From NCBI GenBank assembly GCA_016181265.1, contig JACOZP010000008.1, forward strand, positions 20,156-84,155: a stretch of 64,000 nt of DNA. The letters run 5' to 3'. How positions within the stretch are numbered: position 1 is the stretch's first letter; every line of letters starts with the position of its first letter. The position numbers and the translations under genes are program-made. Shown in pieces: positions 36,071-45,029 of this stretch. The notes under the pieces were generated by a model, which did not search any database, was not told the origin of the DNA, and was given only the letters and a program-made list of their open reading frames with translations. The DNA is from Candidatus Woesearchaeota archaeon. GTDB lineage: Archaea; Nanobdellota; Nanobdellia; Woesearchaeales; GW2011-AR9.

Positions 36071-36625
36071 TTACTTACCTCGGAGATACAATTCTAATGC
36101 CGCGGCAGTGCGTTTTGGACTTGCAGGTTGAGAAATCTGTTGTCGCAGAGCATGAATGTGATCAACTTCAGTGAATAGTTTTTCAATTCCCGGATGGTGT
36201 ACATACATCCCAGGAGGGGGTTGAGCATATTCTACGTGGGTTCCTTGGAGGTGCTGATCTTCTACAACAACTAGCTTATAGAGATTACCTGACAAACCTT
36301 GGCGGAAAGCTCTACCTACACGTTCTTTTTCGCGGCGTTCGGAAGGAAGATAGGGAAAATCCTCTACAGAAGGTGTTCCTCGGTGAATTCTTCCGACAAC
36401 GAAATGGAGCGGGATTTCAGATTTCATAGAGGGGATATCAATCGGGAGCGGAATTAGTGAAGAATAGGCGGTGACATCTTTTGTTCTCAGGAGAGGAGAC
36501 CATCGTGGATCCTCGGTATAAATCAGTTTTAGAAGACCATTAAAAGGCAACCCTTCCCAGGGGGAACTATTAAAAAAACGATCGATGAGAACAAGTTCTC
36601 CAGGAGTAGGCTCTTCTAACGACAT
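36071..36625 (-). CDS. hypothetical protein
   Basis: 184-aa ORF. No motif recognised. Confidence 0.5.
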   Translation of the reverse strand: MSLEEPTPGELVLIDRFFNSSPWEGLPFNGLLKLIYTEDPRWSPLLRTKDVTAYSSLIPLPIDIPSMKSEIPLHFVVGRIHRGTPSVEDFPYLPSERREKERVGRAFRQGLSGNLYKLVVVEDQHLQGTHVEYAQPPPGMYVHHPGIEKLFTEVDHIHALRQQISQPASPKRTAAALELYLRGK

Positions 36626-36637
36626 ATACTGTCTTCT

Positions 36638-37726
36638 TTAGAAGAGATACTTCATAAATCTTACGAATCGCGGTTCTTTCAACAAAGCCATACTAACGAG
36701 GGGGATGGGATTATCACGGGTATATTTCTCAAAAACCTCTTGAACTTTTGACTGGTTTACATACGAGATGAGGCGATCCCAATCTGCATCGGAGAATCTG
36801 TCCATGATTTTATGCACCTGAAGATGTGTCCACATTCTCTTACGCAATGGCTTGAGCTCGCGGCAATAATTCTTCTTCTCCGTGATGCAACGAGCGAGAA
36901 TTTCCGCCTGCTGCAGGCCGGGGATAAGACCGCCAAGCGTTGTGGCTTTGACGTAGCCCGCAGCATCACCGACAAGATAACAGTTATCTTTGTGTAGCCG
37001 TTGTTGAGGATGATAGACGGGAATCGTGCCGGCCTGCATCTCTTTTGCAGTGAAGTGATGCGCTTTCATGAATCGGTCAAAGTAATATTTGCTATTCTTG
37101 AGCGTCGCGACACCGACTCGAGCAGTGGTCGCTGATTCTGGCGCGATCCAAGCAAATAATCCGGGACAAACATCATTGCCAAAATAAGTCTTGATGGTAT
37201 GCGGTTCGAAAGTGCCCTCTACAACGGCTTGAACTCCATAATAGTTTTCCCGTTTGGGATAGTAGAAGCCAAAGGCTTTTGCGGTAGGTGATAGCGGGCC
37301 ATCGGCAGCGATGACAATGTCGGGGTTAACACGGATTTCGGTGTTATTTTTAGTGTCTTTGATGATCAGTTCTTTTCCTTCTTTACGCTGAAAACTGTGG
37401 TTGACAAGTATCTTAGCGCCAGCTTTACGAGCTTTGTCAGCGAAGAAGTTATCAAATTTAATGCGGCAGACGATGTAATCTTTTTGCTTGATTACTATCT
37501 TCTTGTTCGACGGAGAGTAGACTTCAATGGAATCAATGGTATTGACGAGAAAAGAATCTAGGGAGAAGCCGAATTGGTCGAAGTCAGAGGTAAGAATACC
37601 TGTGCATTGGATGGGTGAACCAATCTGGGGATGATTCTCGTAAATTGTAACTAAATGACCTTCTTTTGCTAACAAGTAGCCGGCATAACAGCCAATGGGG
37701 CCTGCACCGATGATAGTGATGTTCAT
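36638..37726 (-). CDS. geranylgeranyl reductase-family FAD-dependent oxidoreductase
   Basis: MNITIIGAGPIGCYAGYLLAKEGHLVTIYE (FAD GxGxxG) and LVGDAAGYVKATTLGGL motifs, typical of archaeal digeranylgeranylglycerophospholipid reductases. Confidence 0.82.
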   Translation of the reverse strand: MNITIIGAGPIGCYAGYLLAKEGHLVTIYENHPQIGSPIQCTGILTSDFDQFGFSLDSFLVNTIDSIEVYSPSNKKIVIKQKDYIVCRIKFDNFFADKARKAGAKILVNHSFQRKEGKELIIKDTKNNTEIRVNPDIVIAADGPLSPTAKAFGFYYPKRENYYGVQAVVEGTFEPHTIKTYFGNDVCPGLFAWIAPESATTARVGVATLKNSKYYFDRFMKAHHFTAKEMQAGTIPVYHPQQRLHKDNCYLVGDAAGYVKATTLGGLIPGLQQAEILARCITEKKNYCRELKPLRKRMWTHLQVHKIMDRFSDADWDRLISYVNQSKVQEVFEKYTRDNPIPLVSMALLKEPRFVRFMKYLF

Positions 37727-37835
37727 GAGAAAATGAGTGTTGAGAATCTATTTTAAATATATTATTAAAAAAGAATCTTCCTTCGAGATTATTTAAAAAA
37801 TAAAAAAAAGAAGAAAAATGGAAGAAGATACGTAC

Positions 37836-39152
37836 CTAATAGTACGTTTGTTCTTCTTCGTCGTCTTTTCTCAATCTGCTAAAGCCGATGATCAAGCCGA
37901 TGATGACTAGTAAGACTACTAGTACAATCAGAGCAATTTCAAGGCCGTTGCGAAGATTGAAATCGGTTGCTTTAGCAGCAGGAGCAGCACCAGCTACATT
38001 TGCTTGCAGAGCAATCGTTTGGACGGTTTCACTGCCTGCTTTAACAGCGACAGATACAGCATGTTGACCAACTGTAGCGTCAGCAGCAGGAGTTACATCC
38101 ACATAGACAACTTTGTTCTGGCCAGGAGCTAGAACAACAAGCATTTCACTTACGGAAGCTGTTGCCCATTCTCCACCAGTAGCAACGTCAAAGGTAAAAG
38201 CTTTGGTCGTTGTTCCTTCGTTGCTGAGTGCAATGCCGTAGGTTGCGGTTTTCCCAGGAGCAACAGTTTGTGATCCAGGGCCAACTGCGAGCAATACTTT
38301 ATCAGATTGCACCATTTCGCTTGCAACAACAGTGATGGACAATGTTTTGGTTGCTGTTTCATACTTGTCGTATTTAGCAGTAACTTTTACATCGTAGACA
38401 CCAGCAGCAGCTGAAGCTGGGATCGGCAAGAACATTTCAGGAACGTCTTTGCGTTCGTCAGCATCAAGTTTTTTAACAACTTCTGTAGCTTTTACGCCCA
38501 GAGCTGGAACTTCAACAGTAACAACAACGTTTTCTTCATCGCGGTCGCCATAATTTTCCAAGACTGGAGTAACTAATAGAGCACGGCCTGCTTTTACGGT
38601 TTCCCCAGGGGAGAAGTAGACATCGTTGATGTCAACAGCATGGCGTGCAGATTCTACGCTGAATACGTAGTTAAGTACAATTTCTTCAGAGTTTCGATCA
38701 AGGACGAAAACACGCAAGGTATTTTCTTCGTTGCTGATGTCTTTAGGAACAGTCAATTCAAGATCAACTGTTTTCTTTGTACCAGCGTTAAGATCGAAGA
38801 CGTGAGATACATCTTCTAAAGACACATAATCAGAGTATTCGTACCCGCTTAGGCGAGCAAGAACTTCAATCTGTTCTGCATCTTGTGCGTCAACAGTAGC
38901 GCCAGCAGCATCTTTAACTTGTGCAGGCATTTTCAATTCAACTTCAATATGTAACTTTTCGCCTTCTTCAACGGATTGAAGAATCAAGTTACCAAACTGA
39001 TCTTTTTCAGCTTCTTCATCATTTACCGTTACGGTGATATCATTTTCAGTCAGGCTACCAAGTGTGCTTTCGCTTACTTTTGCAGCACTAACCATAGAAA
39101 CCAACAGTACGCTGATGACGAAAAAAGCCATTACGTTTAGTAGTTTTCTCAT
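37836..39152 (-). CDS. S-layer-like type I membrane surface protein (beta-sandwich repeats)
   Basis: Signal peptide MRKLLNVMAFFVISVLLVSMVSA. Val/Thr-rich repeated beta-strand modules. C-terminal TM IALIVLVVLLVIIGLIIGF plus a short charged tail. GGAGG SD and strong TATA upstream. Confidence 0.7.
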   Translation of the reverse strand: MRKLLNVMAFFVISVLLVSMVSAAKVSESTLGSLTENDITVTVNDEEAEKDQFGNLILQSVEEGEKLHIEVELKMPAQVKDAAGATVDAQDAEQIEVLARLSGYEYSDYVSLEDVSHVFDLNAGTKKTVDLELTVPKDISNEENTLRVFVLDRNSEEIVLNYVFSVESARHAVDINDVYFSPGETVKAGRALLVTPVLENYGDRDEENVVVTVEVPALGVKATEVVKKLDADERKDVPEMFLPIPASAAAGVYDVKVTAKYDKYETATKTLSITVVASEMVQSDKVLLAVGPGSQTVAPGKTATYGIALSNEGTTTKAFTFDVATGGEWATASVSEMLVVLAPGQNKVVYVDVTPAADATVGQHAVSVAVKAGSETVQTIALQANVAGAAPAAKATDFNLRNGLEIALIVLVVLLVIIGLIIGFSRLRKDDEEEQTYY

Positions 39153-39227
39153 TTTTTATCTTCCTCCAAATTTCCTCTTCTTGCCTCATTAAAGGCATGA
39201 GTAGGATAGAGAGACAAGCTCTCGTAT

Positions 39228-39258
39228 TGACCTTTCAAAAGGTCAGTTATATATAAAT
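39228..39258 (-). promoter_or_regulatory. TATA box (TTTATATATAA) followed by the perfect palindrome TGACCTTT-nn-AAAGGTCA upstream of the S-layer-like gene
   Basis: On the minus strand the order is TATA (39247-39258), then the palindrome (39228-39245), then an ~70-nt leader, GGAGG and the ATG at 39152. Confidence 0.5.
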
Positions 39259-39300
39259 GTTTCGTCATTTTTAGTATCTCAAAGTAACTACACTCAGTTC

Positions 39301-41871
39301 TTATTTAAGGATAGTTAACTGACGATAGGCGACGCTATGCAGGGAATCGTTTTTGACGAGAATCTGCACAAGATAGGTTCCGGGAATGGTCTCGGGAGGG
39401 AGGGATAATCCTACGCTAGCCAAAGTCGAACCGTTCTTGGCAACATCAAATTGTCTGGTCGACTGGATAATGCCTAACTCAGGGATCATCACGATGCCAC
39501 GAACATCTTCTGCTTTAAGCAAGGTTTCATTTTCTACCTTGATGAAGACTTGTGTTTGCCAGTTGCCGTTGACTAATTCTTCGGGAGCCAGAGTTACGGA
39601 TTTAATGAAAAAGTCAGCTGAGGCTGGTTCTTCCACGGGCGGAATTATCGGAGGTTGAACTGGCGGAACGACGGGAGGGACGATGTTATTTGTTTCATCA
39701 TTGTCTTGCGGATTAGCGCAGCCAGGATCAGCCATATCGATCAATTTGTCTCCATCATTATCTTTGCCATCAGAACATTGGGTTGTTTGAGGTGGAGGGG
39801 GTGGAGAGGTATCTCCTTTGAGCATGACACTGATCAAGACATCTTCAGAAATAGTAACAAAACCATCGTTGACGGTGAACGTAACGGTATAGAGACCAAC
39901 TTGGTCTTTCGTCGGTTTCCAAGAAAAGCCGCTCTTTGCATATGTAGCTCCATCAGGCATAGGTAAAGCAGCGTAATTCAAGGTATCGTTATCTGCATCG
40001 ATTGCCTCAACAGTAAAAGAGACAGTATCGCCAACGTAGACAATCTGGTCATCTATCGGCTTAAATTGAGGCTTTTGATTTACGTCTTTGATATTGATCA
40101 GAACATTCTTTGTTGTTTTTGCTTTCCCATCATCAGCTTCCAAAATCAGCGTGAATGAACGGCTGGTCTGAGGGTGCTTAACGAATGAATAGAGCGGTTG
40201 GAGTTGAATGGTAAATGTTCCATCATTATTATTGATTATATGGACACCTTGTCCGTTGATCGGGGCAAGATCAGGGAGGATAGGATCGGCAGAGTAGGGT
40301 GTTAAGAGGATCTTATCTCCGTTCTTATCAAAGATGGTAACAGTAAACTGTAAAAGTTTGCCTTCCATTCCAAATTGGGTGTGAAGGCTGCCGATTACGG
40401 GTAGGCTATTTGGATCTACAGGCGGAACAGGAAGGTTTGTCTCGTCATCATCTTCAGGGTTGGTACAGCCAGGATCAGCCATATCGACCAATTTGTCCCC
40501 ATCGTTATCTTTGCCATCAGAACACTGAGACGTAGGCTCGACGGGCTTTTGTTTGACGATGATCTGAACATCTTGACTGGTTTGCGCGAAACCGTCAGAG
40601 ACGGAAAATGTGATGAGATGGCTGCCGAGATCATGGAATTTTGTCTGCCACGTGAAGGCAGTTCCGTCTAGTTTTGATCCGAGAGGTGCGTTTTCCATTG
40701 CATAGGAGAGGACGTCTTCGACATCAGCATCGGTTGCGTATAAGTCAAATGAAACGGTCTCACCAGCATAGACGACAATCTGATCAGAGAACGTGACGAA
40801 AGTCGGTTTGCGATTGACATCATTGACTAAGATAGTCACAACTTTCCAATCGGAGAACATTTTTCCATCGTATGCTTTAAAGCGCAGTTGGAGCGTCTTC
40901 TGAGTTTGAGGGTGCTTGATAAAGTCGTAGTCCGGACTAAAGGTAAATACTCCTGTCTGCGAATCGAAGTGAGCACCTTCTGGAACTAGATTAGGGAATG
41001 GATTATTATCAATAGGAACACCATTTGCGACAAGTGTATGAACGTAATACGTTAATTGATCCTGCTCAGCATCAGTTCCACTGACAACATAATTGATAGT
41101 ATCACTTTCATTGACATGAAGAGCAGGGATGTTATTCATCTGAGGAGCGGTGTTCTTCGGTTCGGGAGGAGGGACATCCGGTTTTTCTTCATCAAGAACA
41201 TAAATCTGGATCGTTTCGCTATCCTCTGCTTGGCCATCGGTAACGGTGAACGTGATAGCATACGTACCAGTCTTAGAAGGGGTCCAGATGAATTTCCCAG
41301 AGCCAGAATTAAGTTTCATATTCGGCTGGAAAGAAATTGCGCCGAAGTAGAGCTTGTCATTATCAGCATCAGTTGCGGAAAGTGTAAATTGCAGCGTCTC
41401 ACCGACAGGAATGTATCGATCGCCGATCGGATTCAAGACAGGGGAATGATTTTGTGGCGCGGGAGGGGGTACTGTTTCTTCTGTTGGGTTGACGTGTAAA
41501 ATAAGCGATTCTACGTCCGAGGAGTTGTAGCTAGTGATCTTCGCTTGAATGGTATAATCTCCGAGAAGAGAGGCAGTATTTAAGGAAAGAGCCTTCGTGT
41601 ACGAATCTTGTGTTAGATTATCGACTTTTAGAAGAGTGTTGATTTTCTGGGAGCCTTTGTACAAGTCGACGACAAGGTTAAAGCTAGGAGCTAGGCTGTC
41701 CGCAGTGATCATGATCTGAGGGATGCTTCCTTGTGTAACAGTTAGTGATTGGGTATTGGCACCAACCCAATATGCGTAAAGGGAGACATTGCCTGCACTT
41801 GCAAAAGGGACTGCTGCAATGAACAGCATCAACGTCAGTACAATTCCAAATAATTTTTGTGTCATATTCAT
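39301..41871 (-). CDS. large secreted adhesin-like protein with cadherin/dystroglycan-type Ig-like repeats and two Cys/Asp-rich inserts
   Basis: Signal peptide. At least 4 repeats of the pattern P..PIGD..V.VGETL.F.V.A.DAD.D.L.Y. Two copies of QCSDGKDNDGDKL(V/I)DMADPGC(T/A)NP.D.DETN. Confidence 0.75.
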   Translation of the reverse strand: MNMTQKLFGIVLTLMLFIAAVPFASAGNVSLYAYWVGANTQSLTVTQGSIPQIMITADSLAPSFNLVVDLYKGSQKINTLLKVDNLTQDSYTKALSLNTASLLGDYTIQAKITSYNSSDVESLILHVNPTEETVPPPAPQNHSPVLNPIGDRYIPVGETLQFTLSATDADNDKLYFGAISFQPNMKLNSGSGKFIWTPSKTGTYAITFTVTDGQAEDSETIQIYVLDEEKPDVPPPEPKNTAPQMNNIPALHVNESDTINYVVSGTDAEQDQLTYYVHTLVANGVPIDNNPFPNLVPEGAHFDSQTGVFTFSPDYDFIKHPQTQKTLQLRFKAYDGKMFSDWKVVTILVNDVNRKPTFVTFSDQIVVYAGETVSFDLYATDADVEDVLSYAMENAPLGSKLDGTAFTWQTKFHDLGSHLITFSVSDGFAQTSQDVQIIVKQKPVEPTSQCSDGKDNDGDKLVDMADPGCTNPEDDDETNLPVPPVDPNSLPVIGSLHTQFGMEGKLLQFTVTIFDKNGDKILLTPYSADPILPDLAPINGQGVHIINNNDGTFTIQLQPLYSFVKHPQTSRSFTLILEADDGKAKTTKNVLINIKDVNQKPQFKPIDDQIVYVGDTVSFTVEAIDADNDTLNYAALPMPDGATYAKSGFSWKPTKDQVGLYTVTFTVNDGFVTISEDVLISVMLKGDTSPPPPPQTTQCSDGKDNDGDKLIDMADPGCANPQDNDETNNIVPPVVPPVQPPIIPPVEEPASADFFIKSVTLAPEELVNGNWQTQVFIKVENETLLKAEDVRGIVMIPELGIIQSTRQFDVAKNGSTLASVGLSLPPETIPGTYLVQILVKNDSLHSVAYRQLTILK
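39716..39780. repeat. intragenic DNA repeat copy A (Cys/Asp-rich insert)
   Basis: GCAGCCAGGATCAGCCATATCGA(T/C)CAATTTGTC(T/C)CCATC(A/G)TTATCTTTGCCATCAGAACA(T/C)TG is shared with 40463-40527. Only a few mismatches. Confidence 0.8.
40463..40527. repeat. intragenic DNA repeat copy B (Cys/Asp-rich insert)
   Basis: See copy A; same orientation, 747 bp apart, both in frame within the 856-aa ORF. Confidence 0.8.
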
Positions 41872-41880
41872 AGTGGCCCC

Positions 41881-43062
41881 CTAATACTCAACACCTGCTT
41901 TTACTGTACCACCAAAAGAGTGAGGATGATCTTGTGAGGGAATGAAAAAATACAACGCATTGATGCTGCCCGTGAAAGCTGTGGCATCACTGAGGGGGAT
42001 GCGAATACCAAAACCGGCATTTGCGGAGACACCAAACTGGGTAGTGATATCTTCTCCTTTCGGTTCAGAGATCGTCTTCGGTCCCAGGAAAGTAGTTCCA
42101 TCAGGAAGAGAAAGACGTGTTGTTCGTTCTTTGTCACCGGATTCGGCACCCCAAAGTGCGTAAAGGCCTGCGACGAGGTCACTGTATACTTGAACATTTC
42201 CGATTTCTGTGAGAGGAATACGAACACCAAGGACCCCGCCGATTCCACCAGTAAGGCCGTCTGCCGTTGTGGAGGTTGTATCTCTCCATGATTTTGTGTT
42301 TCCGTCAGCTAATAATTCCGTACCTAGAGACGTGGATTGACCAGTGACTGCATCTCCATAGAGAAGAATGCCTTCGACTCCGAGGAATAGGTAATCACCA
42401 AGATGTCGTTGGTAGCGTACGCTTGCATTGAATATGGGATCGGTGCCGTCAGGCATATATCGTGCTAATCCACCAAGTGAAAAAGACAGTTCATTGTGGG
42501 GTTTCTGAGAAGGATAACTTCCAGAACCGGAACTACCTGGGCCGCCACTACCTGTTTTGTTTAGACGTTCTAATTCTTGGATACGACGTTGTGCTTCTTC
42601 TAACGCGCGTTGAGTTTCAGGATTGATAACTTTAACTTCCACTTTCTTTTCTACGAAACGATCGACAGGGCGATCAACATATTCTGTGACTCTTTCGACA
42701 TCGAGTTCATAACAGTGATAACTTTTTCCCCATGGACAAAGATTGTCTGGCCCTCTCTCGATAATCACGCCTTCTAGACTTTCAAGACGGCGTGCGTCGT
42801 CTTTGTTAAGGCAAATGCCTATTCCTGGGCCATCTTTGTAATGATCGGTACATTTACTACGAGGAATGCGTGGTCGTGTCACTTTACTCGGACACTCTGG
42901 GGCAGGCGGGCAATAATTGTCTCTACATACTCTTTCTAACTCATCCGGGGGGAGACAAATCTGTCCCTGTGCATTTGGTTGCGGCGGATTAGCACGTGCA
43001 GAAGGAGTTAAAGTTAAGGTCAGTGCGGCAAGGCCATAAGTTAGATATCGTGTAAGGTTCAT
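41881..43062 (-). CDS. secreted protein: Cys-rich N-domain, coiled coil, Gly/Ser linker and OMP-like beta-barrel-type C-terminal region
   Basis: Signal MNLTRYLTYGLAALTLTLTPSARA. The C-terminal ~200 aa show alternating hydrophobic beta-strand periodicity and end in VKAGVEY (aromatic terminus). ATG at 43062 chosen, 2 nt after the upstream stop. Confidence 0.65.
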   Translation of the reverse strand: MNLTRYLTYGLAALTLTLTPSARANPPQPNAQGQICLPPDELERVCRDNYCPPAPECPSKVTRPRIPRSKCTDHYKDGPGIGICLNKDDARRLESLEGVIIERGPDNLCPWGKSYHCYELDVERVTEYVDRPVDRFVEKKVEVKVINPETQRALEEAQRRIQELERLNKTGSGGPGSSGSGSYPSQKPHNELSFSLGGLARYMPDGTDPIFNASVRYQRHLGDYLFLGVEGILLYGDAVTGQSTSLGTELLADGNTKSWRDTTSTTADGLTGGIGGVLGVRIPLTEIGNVQVYSDLVAGLYALWGAESGDKERTTRLSLPDGTTFLGPKTISEPKGEDITTQFGVSANAGFGIRIPLSDATAFTGSINALYFFIPSQDHPHSFGGTVKAGVEY

Positions 43063-43064
43063 GT

Positions 43065-43727
43065 TTATTCCTCGTTGCAAGTCATTATTACAGTGGTTTC
43101 CATTCCTGGTTGAGATGGCTTTAGATCATATGCTGCTCGTACATATACCTCGAAAGCTTCTCTTAGAGGATAATATTCTTCATCGCCGCCCATTAACTGG
43201 AATAAAACATCTATCGGCTCAAGAGGATAAGAAGCATATCTCACGACAATAGTGTGTGGATCTGCTTTGATTCCCAATGCTTCGCTTTCAAATGTATTTC
43301 TACCATAAAGAATTAACCCAGGAGACAAAGAACAGACGTAATCATTAATTATCTCATCAATTCTTCTTTTTCGATCTTCAACACTCCCATACCCCAAAGC
43401 TTCAACCATTCTTGCTTCCATTGATTGAGGTTGTTCATCAGATTCAGGAGGCAATTGCGTTCTTTCTAAATCACGATTAAGACGTTCTAAACGAGTATTT
43501 AATTTCTCCAAAGACCGAGATAATTTTTCTAATTCTTCAATGGAGGTATCTTTAGCAGGATTAGGTTTGTAGAGAGAAGGAGTATCTTTTGGTTCGGGAG
43601 TATACGTTACGGGCTTTGGATCGATAGGTGATAGAGGTTCAGGTTTCGTAGTGGGTACTAGTTCAAGAGCCCCTAAGCCAAGAACCACTGCTGCTGCAAC
43701 TCCGCCAATGACAAATCTTGTGTTCAT
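43065..43727 (-). CDS. membrane-anchored coiled-coil protein, hypothetical
   Basis: N-terminal TM VIGGVAAAVVLGLGAL, Pro-rich spacer, LEKLSRSLEKLNTRLERLNRDLERT coiled coil. First gene of the surface operon. Confidence 0.6.
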   Translation of the reverse strand: MNTRFVIGGVAAAVVLGLGALELVPTTKPEPLSPIDPKPVTYTPEPKDTPSLYKPNPAKDTSIEELEKLSRSLEKLNTRLERLNRDLERTQLPPESDEQPQSMEARMVEALGYGSVEDRKRRIDEIINDYVCSLSPGLILYGRNTFESEALGIKADPHTIVVRYASYPLEPIDVLFQLMGGDEEYYPLREAFEVYVRAAYDLKPSQPGMETTVIMTCNEE

Positions 43728-43822
43728 GTTTATGTTCTACTCCGAAGTAGTTACTTTTCTTCAAAAAAGAGAGGTTTCTATTTAAATGTTTCTCGATTTT
43801 TGTTAGCAAGGAGTAGTTAAAA

Positions 43823-44998
43823 CTAGAATATCCCGCGAAGAGAGTAGATTATCCCGAACAAGAACATTAACATAAACGCAGTACCAAGGATCCGCTGTTT
43901 TCCCAGTACGTATTCAGGTTTACGATCGCCTAACAGTCGTGCCCTCCAATACATCAGGACAACAAGAATCCCTTCCAAACCGCCAGAAACGGCGCCGGTG
44001 AATCCGAGAACGGCAAGAAACGTCGTCAGACCAAAAACAGAGACTAGTAAAGGAACGATCAACGTCAGGAAAATACTAAGCACAGGGGATAACTTGTAAT
44101 CATAATGATACACTTCTTTGAGAGCAATGGCATTAGTCAGAAATGAAGTGAACATTGCTAGAACCGCGAGAAGATTGGCAAGGATACCCAGCAAAGGATG
44201 GGAATAGATACTCAAAGCAACGGTGGCGATGCGTTCATTGGGTTGAAGCAGTTCAAAATTATCAAGACCGACGGCACCGATGACGATGAATGCAAACAAA
44301 GCGTAAAGGACGATGGGAATCAAAGCGCTGATAATGATTACTTTCTTCATCTTTTTGGTTTCGCTGCCGAGAACCTCGCGGACTTCAGGAATACCGGCGA
44401 AACCCATATATGCAAAGATAAGTACCCCGTACGGAAGAAATGAATAACGTATATCCCACGGAACAAGGGAACTGTAATCAAGACGACTAAATGAAACGAT
44501 GCCGATAATGATTACAACGAGCAGAAGTAGAGGAATCAGGAATAATTCGGCTTTCCCCATCGCTTTGATACCTCCAAGAACAATCATCGTGCAAATGAGA
44601 AAGAATACAATGGTGTATAATAGAGGAGTGCCCCATTTAAAGATAGCAAAGGAAGCTTGGCCAACACCGATGAGATAGGCAGTGAGTGCCCCGTAGACGG
44701 CGATAGGCATAGCGATGCCGGCGATAATTTTTCCTTTTCGCCCAAGATATTTTTCTGCGTAACCAGGAAGCTGATGCTGTTTTTTGGTACGAAGAACGAC
44801 TTCACCATAGAAGAGATCAAGGAATACATAGGCGAGGCCGATGAGGATGATGATGATAAGACCGTAGAGATATCCTGCTTTGGCAATGACATAAGGGATG
44901 CCTAAAATACCGGCACCGACGATAATTCCCATCAGGGTAGCGATGGAAATAGCGAAGCGATTTCTATTGAAGAATGACGGAACCTCTTTTTTGGGCAT
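43823..44998 (-). CDS. amino acid permease-like transporter (about 11 TM)
   Basis: 391 aa, polytopic. The N-terminal FAISIATLMGIIVGAGILGIPYV motif is typical of the Trp/Tyr-permease / amino-acid transporter families. Confidence 0.7.
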   Translation of the reverse strand: MPKKEVPSFFNRNRFAISIATLMGIIVGAGILGIPYVIAKAGYLYGLIIIILIGLAYVFLDLFYGEVVLRTKKQHQLPGYAEKYLGRKGKIIAGIAMPIAVYGALTAYLIGVGQASFAIFKWGTPLLYTIVFFLICTMIVLGGIKAMGKAELFLIPLLLLVVIIIGIVSFSRLDYSSLVPWDIRYSFLPYGVLIFAYMGFAGIPEVREVLGSETKKMKKVIIISALIPIVLYALFAFIVIGAVGLDNFELLQPNERIATVALSIYSHPLLGILANLLAVLAMFTSFLTNAIALKEVYHYDYKLSPVLSIFLTLIVPLLVSVFGLTTFLAVLGFTGAVSGGLEGILVVLMYWRARLLGDRKPEYVLGKQRILGTAFMLMFLFGIIYSLRGIF

Positions 44999-45029
44999 GA
45001 GAGAATTGAAGAATCTTTAGTTTATATAA

